A DNA stretch of 64,000 bases from Octopus sinensis (Eukaryota): contig NC_043009.1 in NCBI RefSeq assembly GCF_006345805.1, positions 12,896,001 through 12,960,000 of the forward strand. The letters are read 5' to 3'. Made by a program: the position numbers and the translations under genes. This document shows positions 1-13,857 of this stretch, one piece after another; position 1 is the stretch's first letter, and each line of letters begins with the position of its first letter. The notes under the pieces are model-generated. The model was not told the origin of the DNA and did no database searches. It worked only from the letters and a program-made list of their open reading frames with translations.

Positions 1-69
1 GTCATTGTGACTCAAATTTACACCATAGACATATCTTAAATATAATATAGGCTAATCAAAACGAAAATT

Positions 70-822
70 TAGTTAGTTAGTTAGTTAGTTAATTTGGCTC
101 AAAAGCAAATAGCAAGGCCATGTAGGGGGACATGGAGTTAAGTACAGGGTGGTGTTCATGTAAAGAGTTCAGGCCACTTGAGGTCCAGGGAGGGTTTGAA
201 CAAAGCGGTCGTCGGCATCTTCACCATCTCGTCTGGCAGCTTGTTCCACGGATCCGCAACCCGGACGGAGAAAGCTCCTCCTTCGATTGAGATGAAATCG
301 TCGCAGGTAGAGCTTTTCGGAATGACCCCGCAGCCGACGCTCTGGAGCAGGAGTGAAGAACAGCTGTTTCGAGAGGTTACACTTTCCGCTTATGATGTTG
401 TGGGCGAGAATGAGATCACCACGGCGGCGGCGTTTTTCAAGAGAATAAAGGTCGAGCGTCCTCAGCCTTTCTTCGTAGGACAAATTTTTGAGACCATGAA
501 CCATGCGGGTAGCCAGCTTCTGGACTCTTTCGAGATGCTGTATGTCTTTGAGGAGATAAGGAGAAGAGGCTTGAATCCCATACTCCAATATAGGTCTCAC
601 CAGCGTGACATAGAGTGGTAGGAATATGGCTGCTGTGAGCATTCCGAATGACCGTCGAATCAAGAACAGAATTCCGCGTGCTTTGTTGGCAGCATGGAAG
701 CAGTGGGCCGAAGGCGAAAAGGAGGAATCCACCAAGATACCCAGCTCCTTTACCTGATCGGTCCTCTCCAGCAGCAGACGACCCGGTTCGAAATCAAGTT
801 GAGTTGCAGGAGTAGAGCCGAC
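70..822 (-). mobile_element. 5'-truncated CR1-type LINE (post-RT C-terminus of ORF2, 3' UTR and (CTAA)n tail)
   Basis: ORF 169..735 has KELGILVD upstream, LYVTLVRPILEYG and LERVQKLATRMV..LSYEERLRTLDLYSLEKRRRRGDLI, typical of CR1 ORF2. There is a 2-nt frameshift near 275 relative to the copy at 7380 and a tandem tail at 70-92. Confidence 0.88.
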
Positions 823-999
823 ATTAAATTAACATTAAACAGTAATTATTTTATCGTTCTGCTATACACAAAAGACAGGTTATAGAGAATGATATATGTA
901 ACAGGACAGAGAGCATGTTAACACTATCGTGGAAAAAATGGAACATGCACACCTAATATATATCAAAGTCTTGGATGCTGCAATACACCGTTGGTCACA

Positions 1000-1244
1000 A
1001 TGCTATCTCTGGCACTGTTGTAGCTTTCGAATGATGACATCCCACTGGCTAGACGAATAGGCTAACATTACCCCTGAATGGAATGCCAGCCTTTTGCAGG
1101 GTTACCGATTTATAGCTGAGAGTACTGCAGCCACATGAACTCCAGTGTCTTGTTTAAGAATTTGGACGCATCGCCAATCAAGGAACCCAAACCACCATCT
1201 TGTGATCTTAAGTGCAACATCCTAAACACTAGTCCAGGCACCTT
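1000..1244 (-). mobile_element. Old degenerate tRNA-derived SINE
   Basis: The reverse strand has an A-box-like head (gactagtgtttagg), a B-box-like segment and a body resembling the SINE at 3142. Confidence 0.45.
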
Positions 1245-1246
1245 TA

Positions 1247-1454
1247 CTACATACATACATACATACATAGACACACATACATACATACATACATACATAG
1301 ACACATATACATACATACATACATACATAGACACACATACATACATACATACCATACATACATACATACATACATACATACATAGACACACACATACATA
1401 CATACATGCATGCATACATACATACATACATACATACATGCATGCATGCATGCA

Positions 1455-1485
<31 letters not shown>

Positions 1486-1500
1486 GTGTACATACACACA
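1247..1500. repeat. (TACA)n compound microsatellite
   Basis: Direct tetranucleotide repeat; it explains the overlapping MYVC/HTYI ORFs. Confidence 0.95.
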
Positions 1501-2155
1501 GTGCATATTTATTTGAGAGTATATACATATACGTAGCCTTTTTCTGATTCCGAACAAAAATATTTTATAATCTCTACTCCGATAAATAGGACTATTTTCT
1601 GAAATAGCAAAATTTTGTAGAAGTACTTCAAACTATACTGTAAGCGAAATTTCCCACCATCCTCTCTTAGCCTCAAATTTGCTAATTCATTTAATCTCTG
1701 TGCGACGTTCCGGAGCCAAAATTCTACATTTATCTTTAGAGATGAAGAAATGACTTTTGAAGCACAGACGTCATTAAAAAAAATTGTCAATAACTGTAAA
1801 ATAAAATAAAATCTTGTAATTATTTATAACAGAAATCCAGTAGCTTTAGCAATAATTAAATTTCACTGTGCCATGATGTGGATGGCTGGGTGTATTCATA
1901 CTTGATTTCGTGTGCGTCTACTTATCACCTATTCGAGGGATATTTATCTATCCGTCTATTTGCACAATTGTCTTTATCTATTCATCTGATTTTATCAATC
2001 AGTTCAATAATCTATTCACATAACTATTCTTGCTATTCCTCGTTCTTTTTCTTATATACATAGGTAAGTACATGTGCATACATTTTTATATGTGTCTACA
2101 TTTATACACTCGTGTATACATAAATATGCGAATATGTACATACACACATACATAC

Positions 2156-2207
<52 letters not shown>

Positions 2208-3102
2208 TATATATATACATATATAAACATGGATATGCATGCGTATATGCTTGTATATACATATATACGTATATATGTACATATATGCGCGCACACTTAC
2301 ACACATAATCTGTATGCTTATAAGGATGCAGGTGAAAAAATAAAAATATAGTTAAATAGTTGACTTAACATTATTTAATGTGTGAGTTCATATAACGCAC
2401 GATGAAATCTTACGATTTAATATTTCAAAAGGCTTCCAAATTTCTTTATGCTGTGTTAAGCAGTTTTAGTATTTTACCAAGCTCAACTGAATGAAAATCA
2501 TTCCTTAATTGGTTTTTTGACACTAAGAGCTCGTAGAATCGTTGGGTACCCATCCCACATCCGCGGAAATGAAAATAATTAGTGTCTGGACCATGTGTAT
2601 ATTTTTTATTTGGCTTTCAACATTCAACATAGTGTTGCTTTCAGTTAGTGTTTATACTCCACACAAACTGAAAGCAAACTGAAGAAAGCTCATGAAAGCA
2701 AAAAGACGAAGAAAAAATAGTAAAAGACGAACTAAAGGTAAGAACCACATATTTACGTTAACCAACAATGATATTTTAATAGTTAAACGTCAGCTTATAA
2801 AATCTAACATATGCTGTTGTAAACAACGCTACCACTAACAACTGACGCATAAAACGTCGCTAATGAAGGACACAGCAAAGTTTATATTTTGAAGGTTACA
2901 GATAGAAATGTCAGCATTTCCTTACTGGCAACACTAAAATCATACAGGTGTTAAACATGACTGACCATAGATCCTGATGGTAGTGTTATGTTACCTAAGA
3001 AAGCACACCTTTGTCTTAGGTCCTTATCGAAAGCTGAGTATAGCATTTACTTCAAACCAATTGATGCAGTTAACTCTGCCCGATGTATTCAATATCTCAT
3101 TG

Positions 3103-3141
<39 letters not shown>

Positions 3142-3145
<4 letters not shown>

Positions 3146-3454
3146 GCTTACGATCGTGAGGTTGTGAGCTCGAATCCCGGACCGGCAGCGTGTTGTGTTC
3201 TCGAGCAAGGCACTTTATTTCACGTTGCTCCAGTTCACTCAGCTGTAGAAATGAGTTGCGACGTCACTGGTGCCAAGCTGTATCGACCTTTGTCTTTCCC
3301 TTGGATAACACTGGTGGCGTGGAGAGGGGAGGCTGGTATGCATGGGCGACTGCTGGCCTTCCATAAACAACCTTGCCCGGACTTGTATCTAGGAAGGTAA
3401 CTTTCTATGTGCAATCCCATGGTCATTCATGACCGAAGGGGGTCTTTACCCTTT
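3142..3454 (+). mobile_element. tRNA-derived SINE family C (CORE-like central domain), 5'-truncated
   Basis: B box gagctcgaatcc, body gagcaaggcactttatttcacgttgctccagttcactcagctg and tail tttaccctt. Homologous copies lie at 22783 and 59660-59820. Confidence 0.8.
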
Positions 3455-3742
<288 letters not shown>

Positions 3743-4049
3743 GGAGGCGCAATGGGCCAGTGGTTAGGGCAGCGGACTGTGGTTAGGCCAGTGGTTAGGA
3801 CAGAGGACTGTGGTTTCGATTCCCAGACCGGGCGTTGTGAGTATTTATTGAGCAAAAACACCTAAAAGCTCGACAGAGGGTGGTGGCGACACCTGTTGTA
3901 ATCTTTCGCCCCAACTTTCTTTCACTCTTCCTGTTACTTGAGCAACGCTGCGATGGATTGTCGTCTCCTCCAGCTGTGGGGAACACATACGCCACAGAAA
4001 CCGGAAAACCGGGCCTATGAGCCTGGCTAGCTTTTAAAAAGGGCACATA

Positions 4050-4050
<1 letters not shown>
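3743..4050 (+). mobile_element. tRNA-derived SINE family A, tail type b
   Basis: Head ggaggcgcaatgggccagtggttaggg (A box) and ggtttcgattcc (B box); tail cgctgcgatgga...gaaaccgg...gcctggctag. Confidence 0.85.
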
Positions 4051-4083
<33 letters not shown>

Positions 4084-4854
4084 ATATGTATATGTGCATA
4101 TTATACCATATATACAATATACATACATAAAAAGTCTGGATTTTCCAAAGGAAATGATAGAATACAGCATATTTTGCTCTTTTTGTATGTAGTCGTCAAG
4201 TCGTCAGGAGAATCGATATTTTTTCGCTTTAGAAGGTAGGGATCTTATTCATTTATAGTTAGCTGAGATATAACTTGTTGCTGACACTTCTTTGAACAAA
4301 AATTTTTGTAAGGAATATTTAACCAGTGATACACACACACACACACACACCATACACGCAAGCACACGCACGTGCAAACACACACACACACACAAAAATA
4401 CTCCGACTGTCTATGAAGTGATTCAAGTGACATCAAGGAAACTGTCATCTTTTGAGTCCTGCTATTATACATCTTGGGGATATTTAAGATGTTCTTTAGA
4501 CTAGATCTATAAGAGAACTTGATTAACCTCCTTTGTTTTACGCTCCCATACCTGTTCTGTGCCTCAGGTAAGAAATCACGCATCCAAACATAATCTTTAT
4601 GTAGCATTCCAAGAATGGGCAAAAAAGAAGTCAAACCAGATGTGTTAAATATAATTGTGAAGACGTATCTTAACAATCGCTGCTTCGTGTGCTTCTAGTT
4701 AATCTACACATGTATATTATATGTATGTACGTATGTATGTTGGTATGTATGTATGTATGTATGTATGTATGTATGTATGTATGTATGTATGTATGTAGTA
4801 GCTAACGTGTGTACTGGCTAACGATCTATCATATATATATATATATATATATGA

Positions 4855-4927
4855 TAGGGCCAGTGGTTAGGGCAGCGGACTGGTGGTCGGAGGATCGCAG
4901 TTTCGATTCCCAGACAGGGCGTTGTGT
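4855..4927 (+). mobile_element. SINE family A, tRNA head only
   Basis: gggccagtggttagggcagcggac...tttcgattcccagacagggcgttg. Confidence 0.75.
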
Positions 4928-5559
4928 GTATGTACGTATGTATGTATGTATGAATGCATGTATGTATATATGTATGTATGTAGTATGTATGTGTCTATGT
5001 ATGTTTGTATGTATGTATGCATGCATGCCTGTAGTGTGTATGTGTGTGTATGTACATACTTTTGTGTTTGTATGTATGTAAGTGGCTGACCACATCGGTA
5101 CAATACCATTGAAAAAATCGCCTTCCTCCCATCTCCTTCCGCTTACTTTTTCCTTTTCTTTCCCTTTCTTTATTACACTTCTTCCTGTTTTTCTTTCTTT
5201 CTCCCTTGCTTTAGAATACACAATTGATATCTCGAAATGTTATTAACATTAGCCTCCTGCGAAAAGCAAAAAAGAAAAAAAAAAACCCAAAACTACAAAT
5301 CGTAGACCATTCCTCAATATTGCGATAACAGCATATCACAGAACCAAAATAGAAAAAGACCCCTTTACTCTCTTTCTTACATCCTCTTTTTTCTTTCTTT
5401 GTTTCTATGTTTCCTTTCTTCTCTTTTCTGTCCTTCTTTCTCTCCTCCTTTCTTTCGTCCTTAATATTTCTCATTTTCTATACACACACACACATAAAGA
5501 CAACACAACAAAACAAAAAAAAACATCCTCTTTCAGATTTGTATAAAAGGCAAAGAAAC

Positions 5560-6170
5560 TCTCTGTAAAACTCATACAGGTGGAGTCTCCATGAATGAAG
5601 CGAAAGCGTTAATGAAAAAGTATCCAAGATTCTGACTCCATCCTTTCTCTTAATACGTGTATATATGATGAAGTCATCAATCGTCTTGCAAAGGCAATTA
5701 ATGCATTTGGCAAATTCCATCATCCTCTATGGAATGAAGTGGGTATCAAACTTGTCCAAGGACACCAAAGTACAAGTTTATAAAGCTGCCATTCTTACCA
5801 TTGGCTCAAAATCGTGGCTACCCTATTGACGACACGTGAACCAACTACACATCTTCCACAAAGGTTTTCTGAGGACAATCTGCGGTTAGTCATTAAAAGT
5901 GTTTCTGATGCCGACCTGTTTAGTAAGTCTAATATTGGTGGAAGCGAGAGATTCCTTATGCAGTCATAATTGCACTGGGCTGGCGATGTCGTCAGAATGA
6001 GCGACGAAAGAATATCCAAAGTCCTCATGTACAGCCAGCTTGATAGTGGGCACAGGAATGTTGGCCGACCATAGCTCAGATATAAGGACAAACTGAAGAA
6101 AAACCTCCTATAAATGAAGATAGAGCACAACACCTTTGAACGAAAAGCCTTGGAGCGAACAAAAGGGATA
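5560..6170 (+). mobile_element. Degenerate RTE-clade LINE 3' fragment
   Basis: Broken frames give NRLAKAINAFGK, TKVQVYKAAIL and LHWAGDVVRMSDERISKVLMYSQL..GRP*LRYKDKLK, the RTE post-RT motifs. Confidence 0.8.
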
Positions 6171-6183
6171 TCGTTATGTTTAA

Positions 6184-6419
6184 CCCTTTCATTACCGTAT
6201 TTATTTTGAGATGCTCTGTGTTTCTTTCAATTACTTTAAATATAACAAAGAATTTAGTAAAATAAATTATCATTAAGTGAAATAGTTATCATTAAGTTAG
6301 TGTTAGGAACATAAATTGTGTCTAAAGTTTTGTGGAAGATTTTAATTCAAAACTTATGAAAACAAGACAGTTGTACTACAGAGCCAGAGGCGGTTTCAGC
6401 CGGGTTGGTAACGAAAGGG
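6184..6419. mobile_element. piggyBac-type MITE
   Basis: TTAA on both sides (6180-6183, 6420-6423); TIRs ccctttcattacc / ggtaacgaaaggg; no ORF. Confidence 0.85.
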
Positions 6420-6654
6420 TTAAATGGTATTAGAAACTTTGTTACAACCAGCATTAACAGGCTTCAGTGTGCAAAGCAAAGGAGAAAAGCGGCTGTAAAT
6501 ATACCACCTGCACTGACCTGTAATCTTCATAGGTGCAGGATCCGTTGGTCTTCTTGCAAATCGTTGGCGTGTCTTAAATGCCACATTCGACATAAGCATT
6601 ATGACTGACAAAGAAAAAGTAGGTGGTCGGCTCCTCACACGTCGAAATATATAT

Positions 6655-6979
6655 ATAGTCATCTGACTGCGGCCATACTGGAGAACCGCTCTTAGTCGAA
6701 CAAATCGACACCAGGACTTAGTCTTTGTAACTCTGGTACTTATACTATCGGTCTATTTTGCCGAACCGCTAATTTACGGGGATGTAAACATACCAGCATC
6801 GGTTGTCAGAGACTTATACTACGAACTTCTTTCAGTTTCCGTCTACCAAATCCACTCACAAGGCTTTGGTCGGCTCGAGGCTATAGTAGAAGACACTTGC
6901 CCAAGATGCCACGCAATGGGACTGAACCCGGAGCCATGTGGTTGATAAGCAAGCTACTTACCACGCAGCCACTCCTGCA
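6655..6979 (-). mobile_element. tRNA-derived SINE family B
   Basis: The reverse complement of head gcaggagtggctgcgtggtaag... matches the copy at 12617. Confidence 0.85.
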
Positions 6980-7379
6980 TATATGCGTGTATGTATTGTA
7001 TATACAGTGATCACTGTGTAGCTTATACTAAATAAAAGCGGACTGGATAGACATGCTCCTCTCCTGAACTAAAGCTGTCGTTTAGATTAGGAGTTTGCAC
7101 TTTTAATAACGTATTCTCACACTTATGATTGAAAGAATATTTCAAGTGATTTCATGATTTCATTTTTACACAATAATAATGTCTTTTTGTAACAGTCAGT
7201 AGATGTGAGAGTCTTATGTTCTGTTGTACATGAAAAAGCATAATTATTTGGGTGCCGGGGTAGCAAAATGCAGAAATCCTTTTTGCCATCATTCCAAATG
7301 TTTTAGATATTAAGTAAAATGATCTATATACTTGATTTTCTGTGATTTCAACTTTTTCTGTGATTTCAACAGTCAAAAG

Positions 7380-7631
7380 CTCCAAAAAGCTCTATCTACG
7401 ACGATTTCATCTCAATCGAAGGAGAGGAGCTTTCTCCGTCCGGGTTGTGGATCCGTGGAATAAGCTGCCAGACGAGATAGCGAAGATGCCGACGACCGCT
7501 CGGTTCAAAGTCTCTCTTGACCAGAAATGGCCTGAACTCTTTGTATGACCACCCTCCCTCTACATAACTCCCTGTCCCCCTACATGGTCTTGCTTTTGCT
7601 TTTTGAGCCAATACAAATTGAATTGAATTGA
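7380..7631 (+). mobile_element. Short 5'-truncated copy of the same CR1 LINE
   Basis: KLYLRRFHLNRRRGAFSVRVVDPWNKLPDE and the 3' UTR match 93-320 (-); it ends in (AATTG)n. Confidence 0.88.
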
Positions 7632-8282
7632 TTATAACAAATATGTCTTCAGCGGAATTTCTTCGAATATTAGGCATTTTACTAATTACCGTTTATGTCT
7701 ATTGGTTATATTGTTTTGCTTTAAAGTTATGTGTGGGGAACATTTACGGAGATTAGCTCCATTATATAATAAAGCCAAGCGTATATCAAGGATGTGATAG
7801 TGTGTGTTTGACTGGCGATATACATTTTTTGCTACTGGAGAGGAGAGATGTACGGTAATAAAGGACTTGGGAAAGAGTCAAAAATGGGAGAAAAAGAGGG
7901 AAAAAGATAAAGAGAGAGAGAGAGTGTGATGGAGAGACAAGGGGGAGAGATAGGGAGGGAGTAAACGGGAGTGAAACGAGTGGTAAGAGGGAAAGTAACT
8001 CATTGAGAACTAAAGAAAACGAAAAGAGAAATCACGAGAAGAAAAGAATGAGAAGAAAATGAAAAGTGAAACGGGTGAGAGAAGTTTGAGAGTAAAATAA
8101 AAATGGAGGGAACGAACGGTATTAATAGTGCGGAAAAGAGATAAGAAAAGAGAGAGAGAGAGAGAAAAATATATCGAAAAGGGGAAAGGGAAAAAGCGAG
8201 GAAATAAGAGATAATGAAGATGAAGGAAAATGTTGTGGGATTACATATATAAAGAGAGGAATATCAACAACAGTAAGTGAAA

Positions 8283-8316
<34 letters not shown>

Positions 8317-8320
<4 letters not shown>

Positions 8321-8525
8321 CCATTTTAATGCATTTTTCGCTATTATATAAGGGAAGTAACTCTCTAAAAATGTCTACGATGAGTCAGTGATTAAAAAAA
8401 AAAATTACCATCATTTTTTCCCATTTTTAATGCATTTTTGGGGCTATTTTTGGCTATAACTCTCTAAAAATGCTTATATAGTTATTTCCCTTACAAACCC
8501 GAGCAACGCCGGGCGATACTGCTAG
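8317..8525 (+). mobile_element. Non-autonomous Helitron 3' end
   Basis: GC-rich hairpin cccgagcaacgccggg 8 nt before a terminal CTAG followed by T, plus an internal subterminal direct repeat. Confidence 0.65.
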
Positions 8526-8526
8526 T

Positions 8527-8559
<33 letters not shown>

Positions 8560-8582
8560 GGATATCCTTGCTGCTTATTTTG

Positions 8583-8628
<46 letters not shown>

Positions 8629-8632
<4 letters not shown>

Positions 8633-8837
8633 CAAAATAAGCAGCAAGGATATCCAAGGTAGTGTAGTACAATAGTTTCATGCTACTTCATTTTATTAAA
8701 CACTGTAAGTATTTCATCAGTTTTAAAATGTTCGACGTTTTAAAATTTATGTAATACTTACAGTGTTTAATAAAATGAAGTAGCATGAAACGATTGTACT
8801 ACACTACCTTGGATATACTTGTTGCTTATTTTGATTA
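8629..8837. repeat. Fold-back palindrome (~103-bp arms, 3-nt loop) next to (TA)n
   Basis: taatcaaaataagcagcaaggatatccaagg... is mirrored by ...ccttggatatacttgttgcttattttgatta. An extra inverted copy of the terminus lies at 8559-8587. Confidence 0.9.
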
Positions 8838-8979
8838 TAATCACCCCATTTGATTTATATGGATAATATCATACCAAATTCTGGTGCCTTTAACTTGAGT
8901 CCCAAATTCATCTGAATCTAAATTTTGTTGAACTTTATATTATATATATATATATAATATATATATATATATATTATAT

Positions 8980-9010
<31 letters not shown>

Positions 9011-9040
9011 TATATATGTATATATACGTATATGTGTGTG

Positions 9041-9078
<38 letters not shown>

Positions 9079-9738
9079 GTGTGTGCGCGCATCTATGTGT
9101 ATAAATATACTTACGTAAATACACACACGTGTATGTAAATAATCGCAAAAGCGTGTGTAATAGATCTAGAATTATGTTTTGTAAATATAAAGCAGCCAAT
9201 TTCAAACAGCCTGACTGAGTTAGCATGCGTGGTTCCGATTAAACGAAGCCAGAGTGAGAATTAATTCCGTCGAGATCATGATCTTTCCATTACAGAAAGG
9301 TTAGAAAAGGCTTCTTATGTAGAATTAATTAATTCATATAGTCTGTGGTGTATTATATAATTCCCCGCGCACTGATTGCCAATTAAGCTATATCCCCATA
9401 TGAATTATAGTGCATATTGAATTATTACGGATATTGACGGATTTATAAGCAAGCAGACTGAATCTAGACTGAGAGGTGTGAAACTGTTTACAAGTCACGA
9501 TAATTCGTTGTTGGAACTGTATAATCATTAGAGAGAGTCTAGAGAGCAAAGCTAGAAATAATTTATTGTGTATGAATGGTCAGCCTAAAAAATCAACACC
9601 AAAAAACCAATATATAATTGATTAAATAAAGAGAACGTAATATATTTCGCTAATATCAGATTTCTCAAGAGAAGACAAAACTAACAATGGATCAACTATT
9701 CAGACTGAAGATGAGAACAAAATCTTTTTTAAAATACG

Positions 9739-9967
9739 TATTTCTTTACTACCTACAAGGGGTTAAACACAGAGAGGACAAACAAGGACAGACAAACGGA
9801 TTAAGTCGATTACATCGACCCCAGTGCGTAACTGGTACTTAATTTATCACCCCGAAAGGATGAAAAGCAAAGTCGACCTCGGCGGAATTTGGACTCAGAA
9901 CGTAACGGCAGAGATACGGCTACGCATTTCGCCCGGCGTGCTAACGATTCTGCCAGCTCGCCGCCTT
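9739..9967 (-). mobile_element. tRNA-derived SINE family D (Meta-domain-like)
   Basis: The reverse strand reads ggcggcgagctggcagaatcgttagc...gaggtcgactttgcttttcatcctttcggg, resembling the Meta-SINE central domain. Confidence 0.85.
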
Positions 9968-12038
9968 TTAAAATACATTAAGGGAAATGAGATTCTTGAT
10001 CATCCATAGAAATGGGGCTTGTTTATAATTCGACTGCTTCGTGGGACAATAAAATTCTCTCTGCACCATCCACCTGCTTTTTGTGAAACATTCAGCGAGA
10101 CAGGCAATGCAGTTGTATTGATAATTTTGGAGAAACACTTTTGTCTCAACACCATATCAACCCCTCCTTTAAAAGTATAAGGTATCATTTTTTTGTTACA
10201 AAAACATCGAAAATATGCTCTGAGGAGACAAGAGTCAGAGTCAGTTAAATTTTTGTTAGCTGGATAATTCGATTCGACTTTGGTTATCGATTGACAATAT
10301 TTTACTGAGAAGTAATATTATTTATTCCCACCCAAACTTCGATGTTCTGTTAGAACTAACAATTCTAACATGAGAAGATCTTAGAATGGTTTTCGAACAA
10401 AATGCACTCTCGTTTATATCGTTAGCTTTAATACCGAGAGATAATATTTAGCCCCGCTTTAATACCAACAGGTACTATTTATCCCCACATTTATTAATAC
10501 TGCCTTTGCACTATTTTACTCTAGATCTGCGGTTAATATTCTCGAAAAAGAAAAGTTTGTTACAACGTTCCATTTCTCTCCTCTTAAATATAGAAATTTG
10601 TGTTTAATAGAAACCAACAAATACTTTAGAGAATGCATCACTCACAGAAATTGCTCGGCGATACAATCCACATGAAAAAAGGAACAAAACCCTAATTAAA
10701 TTAGTGATAACTTATTTATCAGAGTGAACATTAAAAACAGCAAAATAGAAATAATTATCTCAAAAAAAAAAGAACTAATATTAATTATTGTCTACCAATC
10801 TTATACCAGTCAACTAGCGTACCTTATTGTATCTTTGGCTCTTATATTTCGCTAAACTGGTCTCATAAAACATTCATTGCAATGGTTGCCGTGAAATATG
10901 AGCCGGGAACTAAAGATGTCATCTGAGTAAGATAGGCTGTATACACTCTATCGCACCAATTACCTAACATTTAATTTTCCCATGTAATGAAAAGTTTTGT
11001 TATTTTTAAACGTTCCCTCTCTCTATGAAAATAATGGATTATTGTTTAGACTAATAGTTCTCCAACGGTGTACTGCAAGGGTACATAATTTCACCGCAGA
11101 TATTTAATAGTATAGTTTCAGATTTTAGAAATACCGTGTAAATGAGTGAGCATTTTGAAAATATATGTTATGATTCGGTTTTATGCAATTTTGATTAATG
11201 AAATAACATAAGTGACAATTTTCTCGACACTTTCTAAATTTCTATACGAAGTGAACAACAGTTGTATTTTTCCATCTCCAGTGCGCAACGAAATCAAAAA
11301 CTATGAAAACCACATGCATATACTTATACACACATACATATATAGACACACATACATTTACAGATACAATCGCACAGACACGCGCATACAGATACACTTA
11401 CATAGATACATAAACATACTCAAACTCCAACATACATATTTCACTATAAATAAATAAAATAATGTAACTCACAATTAGATATATGCAACAAAACCACAAA
11501 ACATTCACATTCACATTTCAAAATAACACACAAAGAACTAAATAAACATATAAATGAACATATCAAAAGTAAACTCATGAACTAGCATAAAATATTCGTT
11601 ACTAGTAATTAACAATTTTGTTTGAAACAATTTCACTAATGGCTCTTATTAAAAGTATTTAATTAAGAGATTTGCTGATCGAATAACATGTAATTCTGCA
11701 CAGACGTTCAAGCAAAGTTTGTAGAGAGCTAGTTATGATTCTGGTTGATATGGCGTTTCTATCTCGAGTGGATTTCGATGCTTAAGGAGAAAGAGGAGAA
11801 AGCGTTAAGATCTACAGTTCAAGATACAAATGTATATCATTACGTATTCTGATTAATGAAGGTTACAAAGTAAATATTTAAATAAACAAGCAAAAATGAA
11901 TTTAGAAAACAGTTTCGTTGACAAAAGAGAACATATATAATCATGAGGTTGAGAAACTAAGTTCCAAATTATACATTCTCCATAAATATTAGTTTTAGAC
12001 ATCATTCATATGTGCCTGCGCGCGTGTATGTGCGTGTG

Positions 12039-12089
<51 letters not shown>

Positions 12090-12091
<2 letters not shown>

Positions 12092-12436
12092 AGGCACAAT
12101 GGCCCAATGGTTAAGGCAGCCCACGCGCGGTCGTAGGATCGCGGTTTCGATTCCCAGACCTGGCGTTGCGAGTGTTTATTGAGCGAAAACACCTAAAGCT
12201 CCACGAGGCTCCGACAGGGAGTGGTGGCGAACCCTGCTGTACTCTTTCACCACAACTTTCTCTCACTCTTTCTTCCTGTTTCTGTTGTATCTGTATTTCA
12301 AAGGGCCAGCCTTGTCATACTCTGTGTCAAGCTGAATCTCCCCGAGAACTACGTTAAGAGTATATGTGTCTGTGGAGTGCTCAGCCATTTACACGTTAAT
12401 TTCTCGAGCAGGCTGTTCCGTTGATTAGATCAATTG
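12090..12436 (+). mobile_element. SINE family A, tail type c
   Basis: Family A head and body followed by a distinct tail (gggccagccttgtc...gagtgctcagcc). Confidence 0.85.
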
Positions 12437-12616
12437 CCAGAGATGTGTGTGTGCTTGTGTATGCATGTGTGCATGTGTATATATGTGTGTATATATGTGT
12501 GTATATGTGTATTTGTGTGATTAATATTTGTTAGGGTGTTGTGTGTGCGCATGTGTTCCAACATAAACATTTTGAAAAAATCTTTCTATAAATATTATAA
12601 CTTTCTATAAATATTA

Positions 12617-13025
12617 TAGGAGTGGCTGTGTGGTAAGTAGCTTGCTAACCAACCACATGGTTCCGGGTTCAGTCCCACTGCGCGGCATCTTGGGCAAGTG
12701 TCTTCTGCTATAGCCCCGGGCCGACCAATGCCTTGTGAGTGGATTTGGTAGACGGAAACTGAAAGAAGCCTGTCGTATATATGTATATATATATATGTAT
12801 GTGTGTGTGTTTGTGTGTCTGTGTTTGTCCCCATAGCATTGCTTGACAACCGATGCTGATGTGTTTACGTCCCCGTCACTTAGCGGTTCGGCAAAAGAGA
12901 CCGATAGAATAAGTACTGGGCTTACAAAGAATAAGTCCCGGGGTCGATTTGCTCGACTAAAGGCGGTGCTCTAGCATGGCCGCAGTCAAATGACTGAAAC
13001 AAGTAAAAGAGAAAGAGAAAAAGAG
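12617..13025 (+). mobile_element. SINE family B, near full length
   Basis: ggagtggctgtgtggtaag (A box), gggttcagtccc (B box), internal TA/TG microsatellite and purine-rich tail. Confidence 0.88.
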
Positions 13026-13819
13026 TATCAAGTAATTTAACCATAAGGCGTGGTTCATAACGTTCGGAACTGAAATACATATTGAACTCACTCTGTCATA
13101 CATTACATCTCTACAATAAAAATACTTGAAACTTAATATTTTTTCAGATATTAATAAAATTTGTCAGATCTATTCACATGCCGTCGGCCGTCGGAGCAAT
13201 GGAAACTTTGCGCACCCCGACTGTGTGAAAATAGATTCGAATAATTTTATCGTTACCTTAAAAAATACTAAGAATTATCAAATTCCAAACATCTTTGCGA
13301 TCAAATACATTTAGAGCAATTCCAAACCATAAAAATCGCACTTTAAAATAGTGTTTAGCGGCAGTGGTGTAATTTTCCTTCAAACTACGAACAGGAGTTT
13401 AGATACGTACCAGTTGCTACAAATAATTGTTTGTACGAAAAGTAAGGCCCTTCGTACATCAGATGGTCTTTAAGTGGCGGAAGACGAAATATTGTTGGAC
13501 TTTTAAAAGCTTAGTTTATTGTTGTCTACGGCCAGTTATATGTTGGTTGCTCAAGGGTAAGGAATGGAAACAAGCTATTTGCACTGACCCCGAATGGGCA
13601 AACAAAAAATGTTGCTTATCATGTAGCTTTGCAATAAGTTCCAAGTCGACAAATTATATCATTATTTTGATGAAAATTGTTCATCGCTTGAAAAATATTA
13701 GTAAAGTTTAATACAAGTTAATAAAATTTAATATGTACTCAATGTATGAAGTGTCATTGTTGGGCCCATAGCCTAATGAAGAGCCCTCCACAGGAGCTAG
13801 CTTAAACGCCGCCCTATAA

Positions 13820-13855
<36 letters not shown>

Positions 13856-13857
<2 letters not shown>

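Noticed and set aside
3743-3835. SINE heads as tRNA genes
   Set aside because: A and B boxes are present, but the cloverleaf is imperfect and all continue into SINE bodies.
13768-13818. cctaatgaagagc... hammerhead-like motif
   Set aside because: The core is mutated and no GAAA segment follows.
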